Assembly: GCA_964478075.1 (NCBI GenBank) | Contig: CAYZGO010000008.1 | Coordinates: 37,284 to 101,283 of the forward strand | Direction of reading: 5' to 3' | Length of the DNA: 64,000 nt | Source: an uncultured Anaerolineales bacterium | GTDB lineage: Bacteria; Chloroflexota; Anaerolineae; UBA2200 | Shown: positions 38,433 to 47,338 of the stretch, in pieces | How positions within the stretch are numbered: position 1 is the first letter of the stretch | Layout of the letters: the number at the start of each line of letters is the position of its first letter | The notes under the pieces: generated by a model | The model's database searches: none | What the model saw: only the letters and a program-made list of their open reading frames with translations | Told to the model about the DNA's origin: nothing | Program-made: the position numbers and the translations under genes

Positions 38433-41400
38433 CTAGCCTGGTGCGATCTTGTCCTGCAGGATTTGCTCATAGAGTGCGGTGGTCTCCAGGGCCGGGTCGG
38501 CTCCGAGTTCCTTTTCCAGGAGTTCGGCAAGCTGATGGTAGCTCCTGAGAGCTGCGTTGCGCTCGCCCAGCAGCGTCTGGCAGAGCATGATTTCTCTGTG
38601 TGCGCTTTCCTGGTAGCTGTCCTTTTCCACCACCTTCTCATAGAAGCGCATCGCTTCCCGGTAATCTCCTTGGGCGACGTAGTATTCCCCTAGGCGCTGC
38701 AAAGCCAAGAGGCACTTCTGGAGCAAGTCCTCCCTCTTAAACAGGCACCACTCAGGACTTGCCGCAGGGGCCTCAAGGAAATCCCCCCGATACAGGACTA
38801 CCGCGTCCTTGTAGTGTTGTATGGTCTTGGAGCGGTCAGTGGTCCAGGCCGATGTCGCCTTATTGATGGCTTCCTCGAACTCCTCCACGTCGAACCAGTA
38901 GTTGATACGACGATTGAAGAAATAGTGATCGTCCTCGTATTCGACACAATCTTGTTGAGCGAGAGCCCGGCGAAGTCGGTAGAGCGCCACGTGGAACGAA
39001 GACCGCAACTTGGCTGGCGATAACTCCGGCCACAGATCGTTGCCAATCTGATCCTTGCGGCGCTGCTTATGGCACAAAAGGTAGAAGAGGAGCTCTTTTG
39101 ACTTGGCCATGCCCCACTCGGCGTTCGTAACCAGCTTATCTCCCCTCAAGACCCTGCTTTCACCGAAGGCATAAACGCGCAAGAGAGGCTGAACGGCGGC
39201 GGGTTCTTGTTGGGCCAAGACTTCTGAACCAGGTGCAGCGGGAGCTGCTACTTTGCGCAAGAGGTGACCGATGAGAGTATCACCCATGCCTCTGGCCGTA
39301 GCGTATTCCATCACCAGCTTCGTCTCCCTGACTGCTGGCAGGAGAAACTGGTCGTAGCCCAGTTCTAGTAGGCAGTCCAGTAGTGCTTGTATGCAGTCGA
39401 GTGCTTCCTGAAACCGGCCAGCGACATAGTAAGCCTGTGCCAGATAGAGGGTCGCTTTGGCTAATTCTCTCTTCGCGTCGCTGCGCACAAAGATATCGCG
39501 GGCCTGCGACAGGTATTGCTCTGCCTGTCTGATATTACCTTGCTGGTAGCTGATGACTCCCAACGAAATCTGATACAGCCCCATTTCATAAGCAGAGTCC
39601 CGTTCTTGCGCCCTCTCGTAGGCTTGACGCACAAAGTCAATCGCCAGAGCATCGTTGCCCATCAGCCGATGTGTATTGCCAATGGCATCCAGTAGATAAC
39701 AGATGATGAAAGCTTCTCTCGACTGTCGCGCTGCCTGTAGTCCTTCTTCGTAGGCTTTGAGGGCTTCTTCGTATGCGCCCTGATCTCTGTGGATATCGCC
39801 AATGCCAGCCAGGATGAAGGCCGTGACGCGATCCAGGCCTGCCTTTCGTGCCTGATTAAGACCATCCTCGTAGAGCTGGAGGGCCTCAGCGTACTCGCCG
39901 CGGTAGTAGTGGCCGACAGCGATGTTGTTGATAATCAATGCCACTAATCCTACGTTTCCTTTCTCTTTCCAGATTTCGAGCGCTTGACGAAAGTGCAGTT
40001 CGGACCCTGCCAGATTGCCGGCAAGTCGAAGGATAACCCCGAGTTGGTTGTGCACGTAACCGATATTGTTTACGTATCCCATCTGCTCGTACATGCTGAG
40101 TGCACGCCGCAATTCCTCCTCGCCTTCGGACAGATTGCCCAGACGCGCCTGGCAGGTACCAATCTGGGTGTGAGCGGATGCAACAACTTGCATAACGTCC
40201 GTCTGTTCCTTGGCACCCTGTACAAGCGAGATAGCCTGCTTGCACGCGTCTATGGCCTCTCTGAACTCGCCCTGAAAGCGTAGGACAGCGCTCTTCTCTA
40301 CCAGTGTTTGGGCCTGTCCCAGATGATCGCCACGGTGAGCAAATTCGGTGTATGCGCGGTCAAAGAGAGCGGCCGCCTGGTCCAACTCGCCAACCTCGGC
40401 ATGTATCTTGGCCCTGAACCACAACAGGCGCGGCCTGACCTGTACCATGTCCGGAGGCAATGCGTCTATCCAATATGCCAGGGTTTCTAGCTTGCCAGTG
40501 TCATAGGTCTCCCGAGCTATCTCCAGTATGGCTTTCACAGCGCTGTCGTAGTCTTTGCCCGTCAGGTAGTGTTGTATGGCTTTCTCAACTGCGCCACTTT
40601 CATGCAGCAGCCTGGCGGCGCGCAGGTGCAATGGGCGAACTTGTTTTGGCTTTCCTTCCTGGAGTTTGGTCAGAAGAAACTCGTGGAACAGATGGTGATA
40701 CCTATACCATCTTTCCTCTTCCCTCTCCAGCCTGCTAACAAACAGGATTTTCTCCTCCAGCAGCTTCAGCGTCTCCCGAGAGTTGCTTACTCCGAGGAGT
40801 TCGTCACACAGCAGAGGGCTCATCTCCTCGAGTATGGAAGTGGACATCAGGAAATCTCGCAAGGTAGGAGGTTGCTGGCTGAACACTTCGTTGGCCAGGT
40901 AGTCATAGACCTTGCTGTCAGAGCCTTGAATACGGATGATGCCCTCGAAGAGGCCCTTCCACATTGTGTGCGTGGTTAGCAAGATGCCGGTGATCCAGCC
41001 TTCTGATTTCTCGGCAAGCTCCTTGGCTGCTTCGTCTGGAAGGCGCTGGCCATAGTTCTGCAGGAGCAGCGCCTGAATCTCCTCAGGGGTGAATCTCAAG
41101 TCCTCAACGCCCAGCCCTGCGATCTCCTGGCGGGCAGTGAGTAACGCCAGTCCACGAGGGGTCAGTGTAGGGACCGTGCGACTGGAGATAATAAAGTGGC
41201 AGTTCTCAGGCAGGTGCTGGACCAAAGCATCCAGCATCAGGTTGACTGCCCGGCTGTTATCAACGAGGTGATAGTCATCAATCACTACGACAAAGTAATC
41301 AGGGATCGTCTCGTAAATCTCATTGACGAGAGAGCCAACGAGCAATGTAGGATCAGATAGTTCTTCGCCAGCCTGAAGCAGCCTTCGAGAGCTCTGCCCG

Positions 41401-41684
41401 AACTTGGGGAAATGCTGGCTGATGGCAGCAATTAGATAGTCCAAGAAGACGCGCGGGTCGCGAGCGGACTCAACAATGGAAAGCCAGCACACGGGCAGGT
41501 CGGTATCGTAGGCATAATCAATGAGCAAAGACGTCTTGCCATAGCCGGCCGCGGCCGAAATGAGCAATAGCTTTCGGTCAATGTGCTCGTGTACAAAGTC
41601 AACGAGCCGTGGCCGATGCAGCAGATTGGCGCGCTTCCTAGGAGTAAGTATTTGAGTTATGATCAACTGGGGAGGGGTGGCCAT
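38433..41684 (-). CDS. Large STAND-type NTPase regulator: N-terminal AAA/NB-ARC-like ATPase, central TPR array, C-terminal SARP-type winged-helix plus BTAD domain
   Basis: ISAAAGYGKTSLL P-loop near the N-terminus. Multiple TPR-like repeats in the middle. The C-terminus (RVYAFGESRVLRGDKLV...ELLFYLL...YRGDFL) is an OmpR-like wHTH plus bacterial transcriptional activator domain. Terminator hairpin AAGAGGGC...GCCCTCTT downstream. Confidence 0.8.
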   Translation of the reverse strand: MATPPQLIITQILTPRKRANLLHRPRLVDFVHEHIDRKLLLISAAAGYGKTSLLIDYAYDTDLPVCWLSIVESARDPRVFLDYLIAAISQHFPKFGQSSRRLLQAGEELSDPTLLVGSLVNEIYETIPDYFVVVIDDYHLVDNSRAVNLMLDALVQHLPENCHFIISSRTVPTLTPRGLALLTARQEIAGLGVEDLRFTPEEIQALLLQNYGQRLPDEAAKELAEKSEGWITGILLTTHTMWKGLFEGIIRIQGSDSKVYDYLANEVFSQQPPTLRDFLMSTSILEEMSPLLCDELLGVSNSRETLKLLEEKILFVSRLEREEERWYRYHHLFHEFLLTKLQEGKPKQVRPLHLRAARLLHESGAVEKAIQHYLTGKDYDSAVKAILEIARETYDTGKLETLAYWIDALPPDMVQVRPRLLWFRAKIHAEVGELDQAAALFDRAYTEFAHRGDHLGQAQTLVEKSAVLRFQGEFREAIDACKQAISLVQGAKEQTDVMQVVASAHTQIGTCQARLGNLSEGEEELRRALSMYEQMGYVNNIGYVHNQLGVILRLAGNLAGSELHFRQALEIWKEKGNVGLVALIINNIAVGHYYRGEYAEALQLYEDGLNQARKAGLDRVTAFILAGIGDIHRDQGAYEEALKAYEEGLQAARQSREAFIICYLLDAIGNTHRLMGNDALAIDFVRQAYERAQERDSAYEMGLYQISLGVISYQQGNIRQAEQYLSQARDIFVRSDAKRELAKATLYLAQAYYVAGRFQEALDCIQALLDCLLELGYDQFLLPAVRETKLVMEYATARGMGDTLIGHLLRKVAAPAAPGSEVLAQQEPAAVQPLLRVYAFGESRVLRGDKLVTNAEWGMAKSKELLFYLLCHKQRRKDQIGNDLWPELSPAKLRSSFHVALYRLRRALAQQDCVEYEDDHYFFNRRINYWFDVEEFEEAINKATSAWTTDRSKTIQHYKDAVVLYRGDFLEAPAASPEWCLFKREDLLQKCLLALQRLGEYYVAQGDYREAMRFYEKVVEKDSYQESAHREIMLCQTLLGERNAALRSYHQLAELLEKELGADPALETTALYEQILQDKIAPG

Positions 41685-41693
41685 ATCCCTTGT

Positions 41694-41710
41694 TTGTCAA
41701 TGTGTGACAA
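41694..41710. promoter_or_regulatory. Palindromic operator-like site TTGTCA-ATGTG-TGACAA between the regulator's -10 region and its start codon
   Basis: Perfect 6-bp inverted arms, 10-26 nt upstream of the regulator ATG. Confidence 0.35.
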
Positions 41711-41790
41711 GTGTTTGATGTTACTCTCCTATGATTATAACACAGTACTTTGGCAAAAGCCAGTGAGCAGGCACTCTAGAAAACGGCAAA

Positions 41791-41818
41791 TTGACATGCC
41801 GCTCCATTGTCTTATAAT
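41791..41818 (+). promoter_or_regulatory. Consensus sigma-70 promoter for the DUF2085 gene (TTGACA-N16-TATAAT)
   Basis: Exact -35 and -10 hexamers. This places the track's alternative start at 41807 inside the promoter. Confidence 0.55.
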
Positions 41819-41827
41819 GCGAACACC

Positions 41828-42565
41828 GTGGAATCCCCCTTCTTGCAGGCACATGGTCTACTTAGATGCATTGGACTGTTTCTGAGCGGCGTCTGCGGTC
41901 AGTTGCCAGAGCACTCGATTTCTCTCGCTGGTGTGCAGACCCCATTATGTGCACGCTGTACGGGGACCTATCTGGGAGCATTGCTGGGGTTGTGTAACTT
42001 CTGGCTAAGAGGTCGTTCCCGTGCTAGCCGGCTGCCGCCAGCGAGAATGCTGGCCGTGCTGGGCCTGTTCTTTGTCTTTTGGGTCATAGATGGTCTAAAT
42101 TCCTATCTACACTTCTTTCCTGGCGCCCCGTGTCTTTATTCCCCTAGCAACTTACTGCGGCTGACAGCGGGTATGCTTAATGGAGTGTCCTTGAGCTTTC
42201 TGGTTTTCCCCATGTTCAATTTCACCCTTTGGCGAGAGCCAAGCAAACAACGTGTCGTAGACAGCTTTGGGGAACTGGGAAGGATCTTGGTGCAGGTCAT
42301 AGGACTCGAGATCCTGTTGCAAGCCCGCATAGGGGCACTGCTCTATCCCTTGTTCCTTGTGGACATTATGAGTGTTCTGTTGGTGCTCACCATAGTGAAC
42401 AGCATGATAGTGGTCATTCTTCTACGTTGGGAGAATCGTACTGAGGGCTGGACGCAGGCGCTGCTTCCTCTCAGTCTGGGGTTCTTGCTCTCAGTTGCCG
42501 AGGTAGGGGGCATTGCCTTGCTCCGGGCCGTGCTAGGGGGTGCCCTTGCGTCACCAAGTGGGTGA
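41828..42565 (+). CDS. DUF2085-family membrane protein (CxxxC...CARCTG motif)
   Basis: GVCGQLPEHS...PLCARCTGTYLG matches the DUF2085 signature. Start uncertain (GTG at 41828 or TTG at 41843) because the track start lies inside the promoter. Confidence 0.6.
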   Translation: MESPFLQAHGLLRCIGLFLSGVCGQLPEHSISLAGVQTPLCARCTGTYLGALLGLCNFWLRGRSRASRLPPARMLAVLGLFFVFWVIDGLNSYLHFFPGAPCLYSPSNLLRLTAGMLNGVSLSFLVFPMFNFTLWREPSKQRVVDSFGELGRILVQVIGLEILLQARIGALLYPLFLVDIMSVLLVLTIVNSMIVVILLRWENRTEGWTQALLPLSLGFLLSVAEVGGIALLRAVLGGALASPSG

Positions 42566-42621
42566 GACGTTAGGCTTGCTTTGTCGGGCCGTGCATCTAG
42601 TCAATGTGAAGGAAGTCATTC

Positions 42622-42679
42622 GTAGTAGCGACTTTAGTCGCTCTTCCACCTGCTTGGTCACTGAAGCCGCTGCTACAAG
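42622..42679. repeat. Palindromic interspersed element, copy 3 (family A), diverged and in inverted orientation
   Basis: GTAGTAGCGACTTTAGTCGC...CACTGAAGCCGCTGCTACAAG. The arms match copies 1 and 2, and the loop matches their reverse complement. Confidence 0.55.
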
Positions 42680-42744
42680 CCTGCAATTTAAATATGACAA
42701 CGCACCAGTACCAGGGTCTCCAGCGGCAGTTGAGTGAGATATGC

Positions 42745-45558
42745 TTAGCCCTTGGCGGCTGATTTCGTCTTAGCTGAGGCCGACTGCAAAGCGGCCAGAA
42801 CCTTCTTCGGTGTGATAGGAAGGTCCTGTATGCGCACACCGACAGCATCGTAGAGCGCATTAGCGATTGCCGGGGCAGTGGCCGAGACTGGCAACTCGGC
42901 CATGCCCTTGGCCCCGAAGGGTCCCAGGGGATGGGGATCCTCTACGATTAGCGGGATGATCTCGGGGGCCTGGGTGATGCGAGGTACCCCGCATTTGCGC
43001 AGCGTGTCCGTCACGACGTACCCCTGATCCACAACGAATTCCTCGTAGAGTCCGTAGCCCACGCCCATGAGCACGCCCCCCTCGATCTGCCCACGAATGT
43101 TTTGCGGGTGTATGGGCTTGCCGACATCATGTGCAGCAATGACCTTCAGCACTCGTACTTCGCCGCTGTCTTCGTCCACGTCCACGACAGCCGCCTGAGC
43201 GCAGAAGCAATAAGCCACGTGTAAACGATATTTCTCTGGATCCTCTCTCAATAGTCTCTCATCCACGATAAAGTTGTGATAGCAGGTGGGCGCTGTGTAG
43301 TATGCCTCAGCGACGAGGCGGTGTTCCTGTTGGGCCGCTTGGTGACTGACTTCGGCAAGGGATACCTTCCGCCCTGTTGACGCGTCTGTGATACATCCAG
43401 CCTCAAGGCGAGCATCGGCCCGGTTCAAATCGAACTGGCTGCACGCATAATCGAGCAGCAGGTCACGAAGCTTTGTCACCGCCATCGTCACCGCATTGCC
43501 CTGGATCAGAGTGGCTCGCGACGCCGTGGTCATGAAGGAATCAGGACAGGTTGCAGTATCGCCGGTTACCACAGTAACGTCGCAGTACGGCACCTGCAGA
43601 AGCTGGGCCGCAATCTGCGCCATGGTCGTGTTCTGTCCCTGGCCCATTTCAATGCAGCCAACACGCAGGATAAGGTGCCCTTCTCCGTCAAGTTCCGCAA
43701 TCGCGCCCGCCCGGTCATCCAGACCAGGCCCCAGCCCAACATTCTTGTACGCCGTGGCAATCCCCACGCCCAGGCGTTTACCCGGTGCAGCAGCCGGGAG
43801 GGGTTCAGCAGCCAGTGCCTCCCGCACGGCCGTCAAGGTTTCCTTGACGGCGATGCTGTCGGTCAGCCGGTGCCCAGTAGACGTCACTTTCCCAACTTGC
43901 AAAGCATTAAGCAGCCTGATTTCAAAGGGGTCCATGCCCAGACGTCGGGCCAGCATGTCCATCTGGCTCTCTGCCGCAAACGCGACTTGAGGACTTCCGT
44001 AGCCGCGCATTGCACCGCAGAGAGGGTTGTTGGTGAAGACGGCGTAGGCATCCACCTTTACGTTAGGGACTACGTATGGTCCGCACGCGAAGGCTGCGGA
44101 ACGGAACAGCACAGCCAGCCCTGCCGAGGCATAAGCACCAGTGTCTCCAATGATATTGGCCTCTACGGCCACCAGCGTGCCATCAGACGTAGCTCCAGTT
44201 CGGTAGTGCAGGTACTGCGCATGACGCTTCGTGCTCACCCGCATTGACTCAGGCCGGGGCAGCACCATCTTGACCGGCCGCCCTGTATGCATCACGCCGA
44301 GAGCCGCTAGAATCTGTACGGTGATGTCCTCTTTGCCCCCAAAGCCGCCGCCTATCATGGTGTGCACGATTCGCACCTTCTCAGGCGGCAAATCCAAGGA
44401 AGCAGCAACCTGGGCACGGTCCACATAGGGCCCCTGGCTTCCCACCCAGATGGCAACGCCGCCTTCGCCGTGCGGACGCGCCAGGCAGGCTTCCGGCTCC
44501 ATGTAGGCGTGCTCAATGAAGGGAGTGTAGTAGGTGCCTTCGACGATCACGTCTGCCCGTTTGAAGCCAGCATCAACGTCTCCCTTGCGCACGTGGTAGT
44601 CCACCATCACGTTTCCGTCTTCGTGAAGCTGTGGAGCATCAGGTTCCATGGCGCGCTGGGGAGTTGAGACCACTTCGAGCTCTCTGTATTCCACCTTGAT
44701 CTTGTCCAAGGCTTCCTCGGCGGCCGCTATGGTCTCCGCGTAGACGACGGCCACGGCATCACCTACGTAACGTACCCGGTCATCGGCCAGCACAGGCTGG
44801 TCAGCCTGGATCAGGCCAAAACGATTGCGCCCAGGGACGTCCTTAGCCGTCAGGACGGCGACGACTCCCGGAACCTGCTTCGCCGCGGTAGCATCAATGG
44901 ACAGTATCTCAGCGTGGGGATAAGCACTGCGCAGTGCCCTGGCGTGCAGCATATCCGGGGCGTACAGGTCGCCCGCATACTTGTATGTTCCAGTGACCTT
45001 GGCCCAAACGTCATTGCGCGTTACGCTCTTGCCGACCACGTCCCATGACGACGGCAGTGTGACGGCGCTCGGACGTGCGGCACTCTCTGCACGCATTCGT
45101 TCTGCCGCCGTCTTGATTGCACGCAAGATGGCAGTGTATCCCGTGCAGCGGCACAAGTTGTTCGTTAACGCCGTGCGTATCTCCTCGTCCGTGGGATCGG
45201 GGTTGCGATCCAACAACGCCTTTGCCGCCATCAGCATCCCGGGCGTGCAGAAGCCACACTGGACTGCCCCCTCTTCAACAAAAGCCTCCTGCAGAGGATG
45301 GAGCTGCCCGTTGGCAGCCAGTCCTTCAACTGTCTCGATGTGGGCTCCTGCGACCCTCTGCAAACGCAACAGGCATGCACGTTGGGCCTTCCCATTGACA
45401 ATGACTGTGCACGTGCCACAGTGCCCCTGGCCGCAGCCGTCCTTGGCCCCTGTCAGGTGCAGCACATCGCGCAAGTAGGAAAGCAGAGTAGTCTTGGGAT
45501 CGACATCCTCTGCCCTCACGTTCTGATCGTTGACTGTGAACTCGATAACTTGTGCCAT
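42745..45558 (-). CDS. Molybdopterin aldehyde oxidoreductase of the xanthine-dehydrogenase family with fused [2Fe-2S] and MoCo subunits and no FAD domain (Mop-like)
   Basis: 937 aa. N-terminal plant-ferredoxin-type and four-helix 2Fe-2S motifs (GCGQGHCGTCTV; CGFCTPGM...CRCTGY) fused to a MoCo-binding large-subunit domain. This architecture is as I recall for Desulfovibrio Mop. GAGGAG RBS. Confidence 0.88.
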   Translation of the reverse strand: MAQVIEFTVNDQNVRAEDVDPKTTLLSYLRDVLHLTGAKDGCGQGHCGTCTVIVNGKAQRACLLRLQRVAGAHIETVEGLAANGQLHPLQEAFVEEGAVQCGFCTPGMLMAAKALLDRNPDPTDEEIRTALTNNLCRCTGYTAILRAIKTAAERMRAESAARPSAVTLPSSWDVVGKSVTRNDVWAKVTGTYKYAGDLYAPDMLHARALRSAYPHAEILSIDATAAKQVPGVVAVLTAKDVPGRNRFGLIQADQPVLADDRVRYVGDAVAVVYAETIAAAEEALDKIKVEYRELEVVSTPQRAMEPDAPQLHEDGNVMVDYHVRKGDVDAGFKRADVIVEGTYYTPFIEHAYMEPEACLARPHGEGGVAIWVGSQGPYVDRAQVAASLDLPPEKVRIVHTMIGGGFGGKEDITVQILAALGVMHTGRPVKMVLPRPESMRVSTKRHAQYLHYRTGATSDGTLVAVEANIIGDTGAYASAGLAVLFRSAAFACGPYVVPNVKVDAYAVFTNNPLCGAMRGYGSPQVAFAAESQMDMLARRLGMDPFEIRLLNALQVGKVTSTGHRLTDSIAVKETLTAVREALAAEPLPAAAPGKRLGVGIATAYKNVGLGPGLDDRAGAIAELDGEGHLILRVGCIEMGQGQNTTMAQIAAQLLQVPYCDVTVVTGDTATCPDSFMTTASRATLIQGNAVTMAVTKLRDLLLDYACSQFDLNRADARLEAGCITDASTGRKVSLAEVSHQAAQQEHRLVAEAYYTAPTCYHNFIVDERLLREDPEKYRLHVAYCFCAQAAVVDVDEDSGEVRVLKVIAAHDVGKPIHPQNIRGQIEGGVLMGVGYGLYEEFVVDQGYVVTDTLRKCGVPRITQAPEIIPLIVEDPHPLGPFGAKGMAELPVSATAPAIANALYDAVGVRIQDLPITPKKVLAALQSASAKTKSAAKG

Positions 45559-45644
45559 TGATCGCTCCTCAAGGTACAGGATGAAACTCGGGCTGTAACA
45601 GCTATGATACCCGCTCTTCGTACGGCGGGCAAACTCGTGTACTT

Positions 45645-45929
45645 CTACAGTGGCCAGCGGAACGGCTGGCGTCGGAGGAATGTGCCTGAGCCCCTCTCCC
45701 CGACAGAATCCCCATCGCGCATGATGATCTGCCCGCGTCTGATGGTCATCACTGGATAGCCCAGCAGCTCTGTGCCCTCGTAAGGGGTATAGTCCACGTT
45801 CTGATGCAAGTCCTCGCTACGCAGGACCACCCTCTTGGTTGGATCAACCAACACCAAATCGGCGTCACTGCCCGGTACGATTGTGCCCTTACGGGGATAC
45901 AATCCAAAGATCCGTGCCGGAAAGCGACT
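45645..45929 (-). pseudogene. 3' remnant (about 95 codons) of a second dihydropyrimidinase/hydantoinase paralog
   Basis: Aligns to the C-terminus of the 2639-4012 protein (ARIFGLYPRKGTIVPGSDADLVLVD...), about 55% identical. Homology stops at an in-frame stop at about 45930, immediately followed by the dnaN promoter. Confidence 0.7.
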
Positions 45930-46002
45930 CTACTTGAGTTTGAACAGATTTGGATTCTGTAGTATACTAAGGGCAGCCAACAGCAGAAGTGAGGAGGTCC
46001 CG

Positions 46003-47136
46003 ATGAAGTTTTCTTGTCTGCAAGAGAATCTGGCCAAAGGGCTGGCGATTGTGGGCCGGGCAGTAGCCACTCGCAGCACGCTGCCCGTGCTTGCCAACAT
46101 CCTTATGGCCACGGACGAAGGCCGGTTAAAGCTATCTGCGACCAATCTGGAAGTGGGCATTAATTGCTGGATCGGGGCCAAAGTCGAGGAGGACGGGGCC
46201 ACTACTATACCAGCACGCCTTCTTACTGACTTTGTGAATTCCCTGCCTCCAGAACGCATTGACGTGCAGTTAGTGACGCGCACACAGACGCTCAATCTCA
46301 AATGCACCAACTATGAAGCCAACATCAAAGGCATTGATGCGCAGGAATTCCCGTTGGTTCTGGCTTTGAGCGAGGACATGGGCATCAGCCTTGAGCCAGA
46401 AACACTGCGGGAGATGATTGGCCACGTTTCATTTGCGGCTGCCGTGGACGAGAGCCGGCCCGTACTGACTGGGGTATTGGCCGAGATCTCTGGCACCCAG
46501 TTGACGATGGCCGCTGCCGACGGTTTCCGGCTTTCCGTACGGAATACTGAATTGCCGGAGACGACTCCAGAGCCGGTCAGCGTGATTATCCCCGCTCGAG
46601 CATTGCAGGAATTGGCGCGCGTGAGCGCCGAGGAAGATAGCCCGATACGCATGACCATAGCTCCCAACCGCAGCCAGGTCTTTTTCCGTATGACCGACAT
46701 TGACCTGGTGTCCCAATTGGTCGAAGGGGCCTTTCCGGACTATAAGCAGATCATACCAAAGAGTCATTCCACGCACACGGTGGTGGGCGTGTCTGAGTTT
46801 CTGCAGGCAGCGAAGATCGCCTCTTTCTTTGCGCGCGACGCAGCCAACATCATAAGGTTGCGGATTGCACCTGCAGAGCAGGAGGGGGGTGGCAGATTGA
46901 CCGTCATGGCAACCAGCGCAGAAGTAGGCGACAACGTGAGCGAGATTGATGCCGCCGTAGAGGGTGAGCCGATTGAGATCGCCTTTAATGCCAAGTACCT
47001 GATTGACGTACTCACCGTGATCAGTACACCGCAAGTGGTGCTGGAGACCTCCAGTCCCTCAAGCCCAGGTGTGATCAAGCCAGTGGGTGACGAGAACTTT
47101 GTGCACGTCATCATGCCCATGCACATTGCGACATAA
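46003..47136 (+). CDS. dnaN: DNA polymerase III beta sliding clamp
   Basis: MKFSCLQENLAKGLAIVGRAV...LPVLANILM N-terminus and typical length (377 aa). GAGGAGG RBS. Promoter TTGAAC...TAGTATACT upstream. Confidence 0.92.
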   Translation: MKFSCLQENLAKGLAIVGRAVATRSTLPVLANILMATDEGRLKLSATNLEVGINCWIGAKVEEDGATTIPARLLTDFVNSLPPERIDVQLVTRTQTLNLKCTNYEANIKGIDAQEFPLVLALSEDMGISLEPETLREMIGHVSFAAAVDESRPVLTGVLAEISGTQLTMAAADGFRLSVRNTELPETTPEPVSVIIPARALQELARVSAEEDSPIRMTIAPNRSQVFFRMTDIDLVSQLVEGAFPDYKQIIPKSHSTHTVVGVSEFLQAAKIASFFARDAANIIRLRIAPAEQEGGGRLTVMATSAEVGDNVSEIDAAVEGEPIEIAFNAKYLIDVLTVISTPQVVLETSSPSSPGVIKPVGDENFVHVIMPMHIAT

Positions 47137-47153
47137 ATTGATCAAGGCATGAA

Positions 47154-47196
47154 GAAAGACGTCCGCAGTCTGCCTGGCGGGCGTCTTTCTTTTTGG
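47154..47196. terminator. Rho-independent terminator after dnaN (possibly bidirectional)
   Basis: GAAAGACGTCCGC...GCGGGCGTCTTTC followed by TTTTTGG; an A-rich tract lies upstream. Confidence 0.7.
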
Positions 47197-47338
47197 ATCA
47201 TTCCGCAGTCAAATGGAGCCCCAGGTGGCGTACCTGGCCTGCTTGGCCAAGTGTCTATCCGAAGAATAGCAGGCCGGGCTCCCACGCCCGGCTACCCGGC
47301 GGCATGGGAGCCGCCTCTGCCGACTTTCCGGATAAGCA

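Noticed and set aside
41807-41827. Track start (TTG) of the DUF2085 gene
   Set aside because: It lies inside the consensus TTGACA-N16-TATAAT promoter, so it cannot be within the transcript. A downstream start was chosen.
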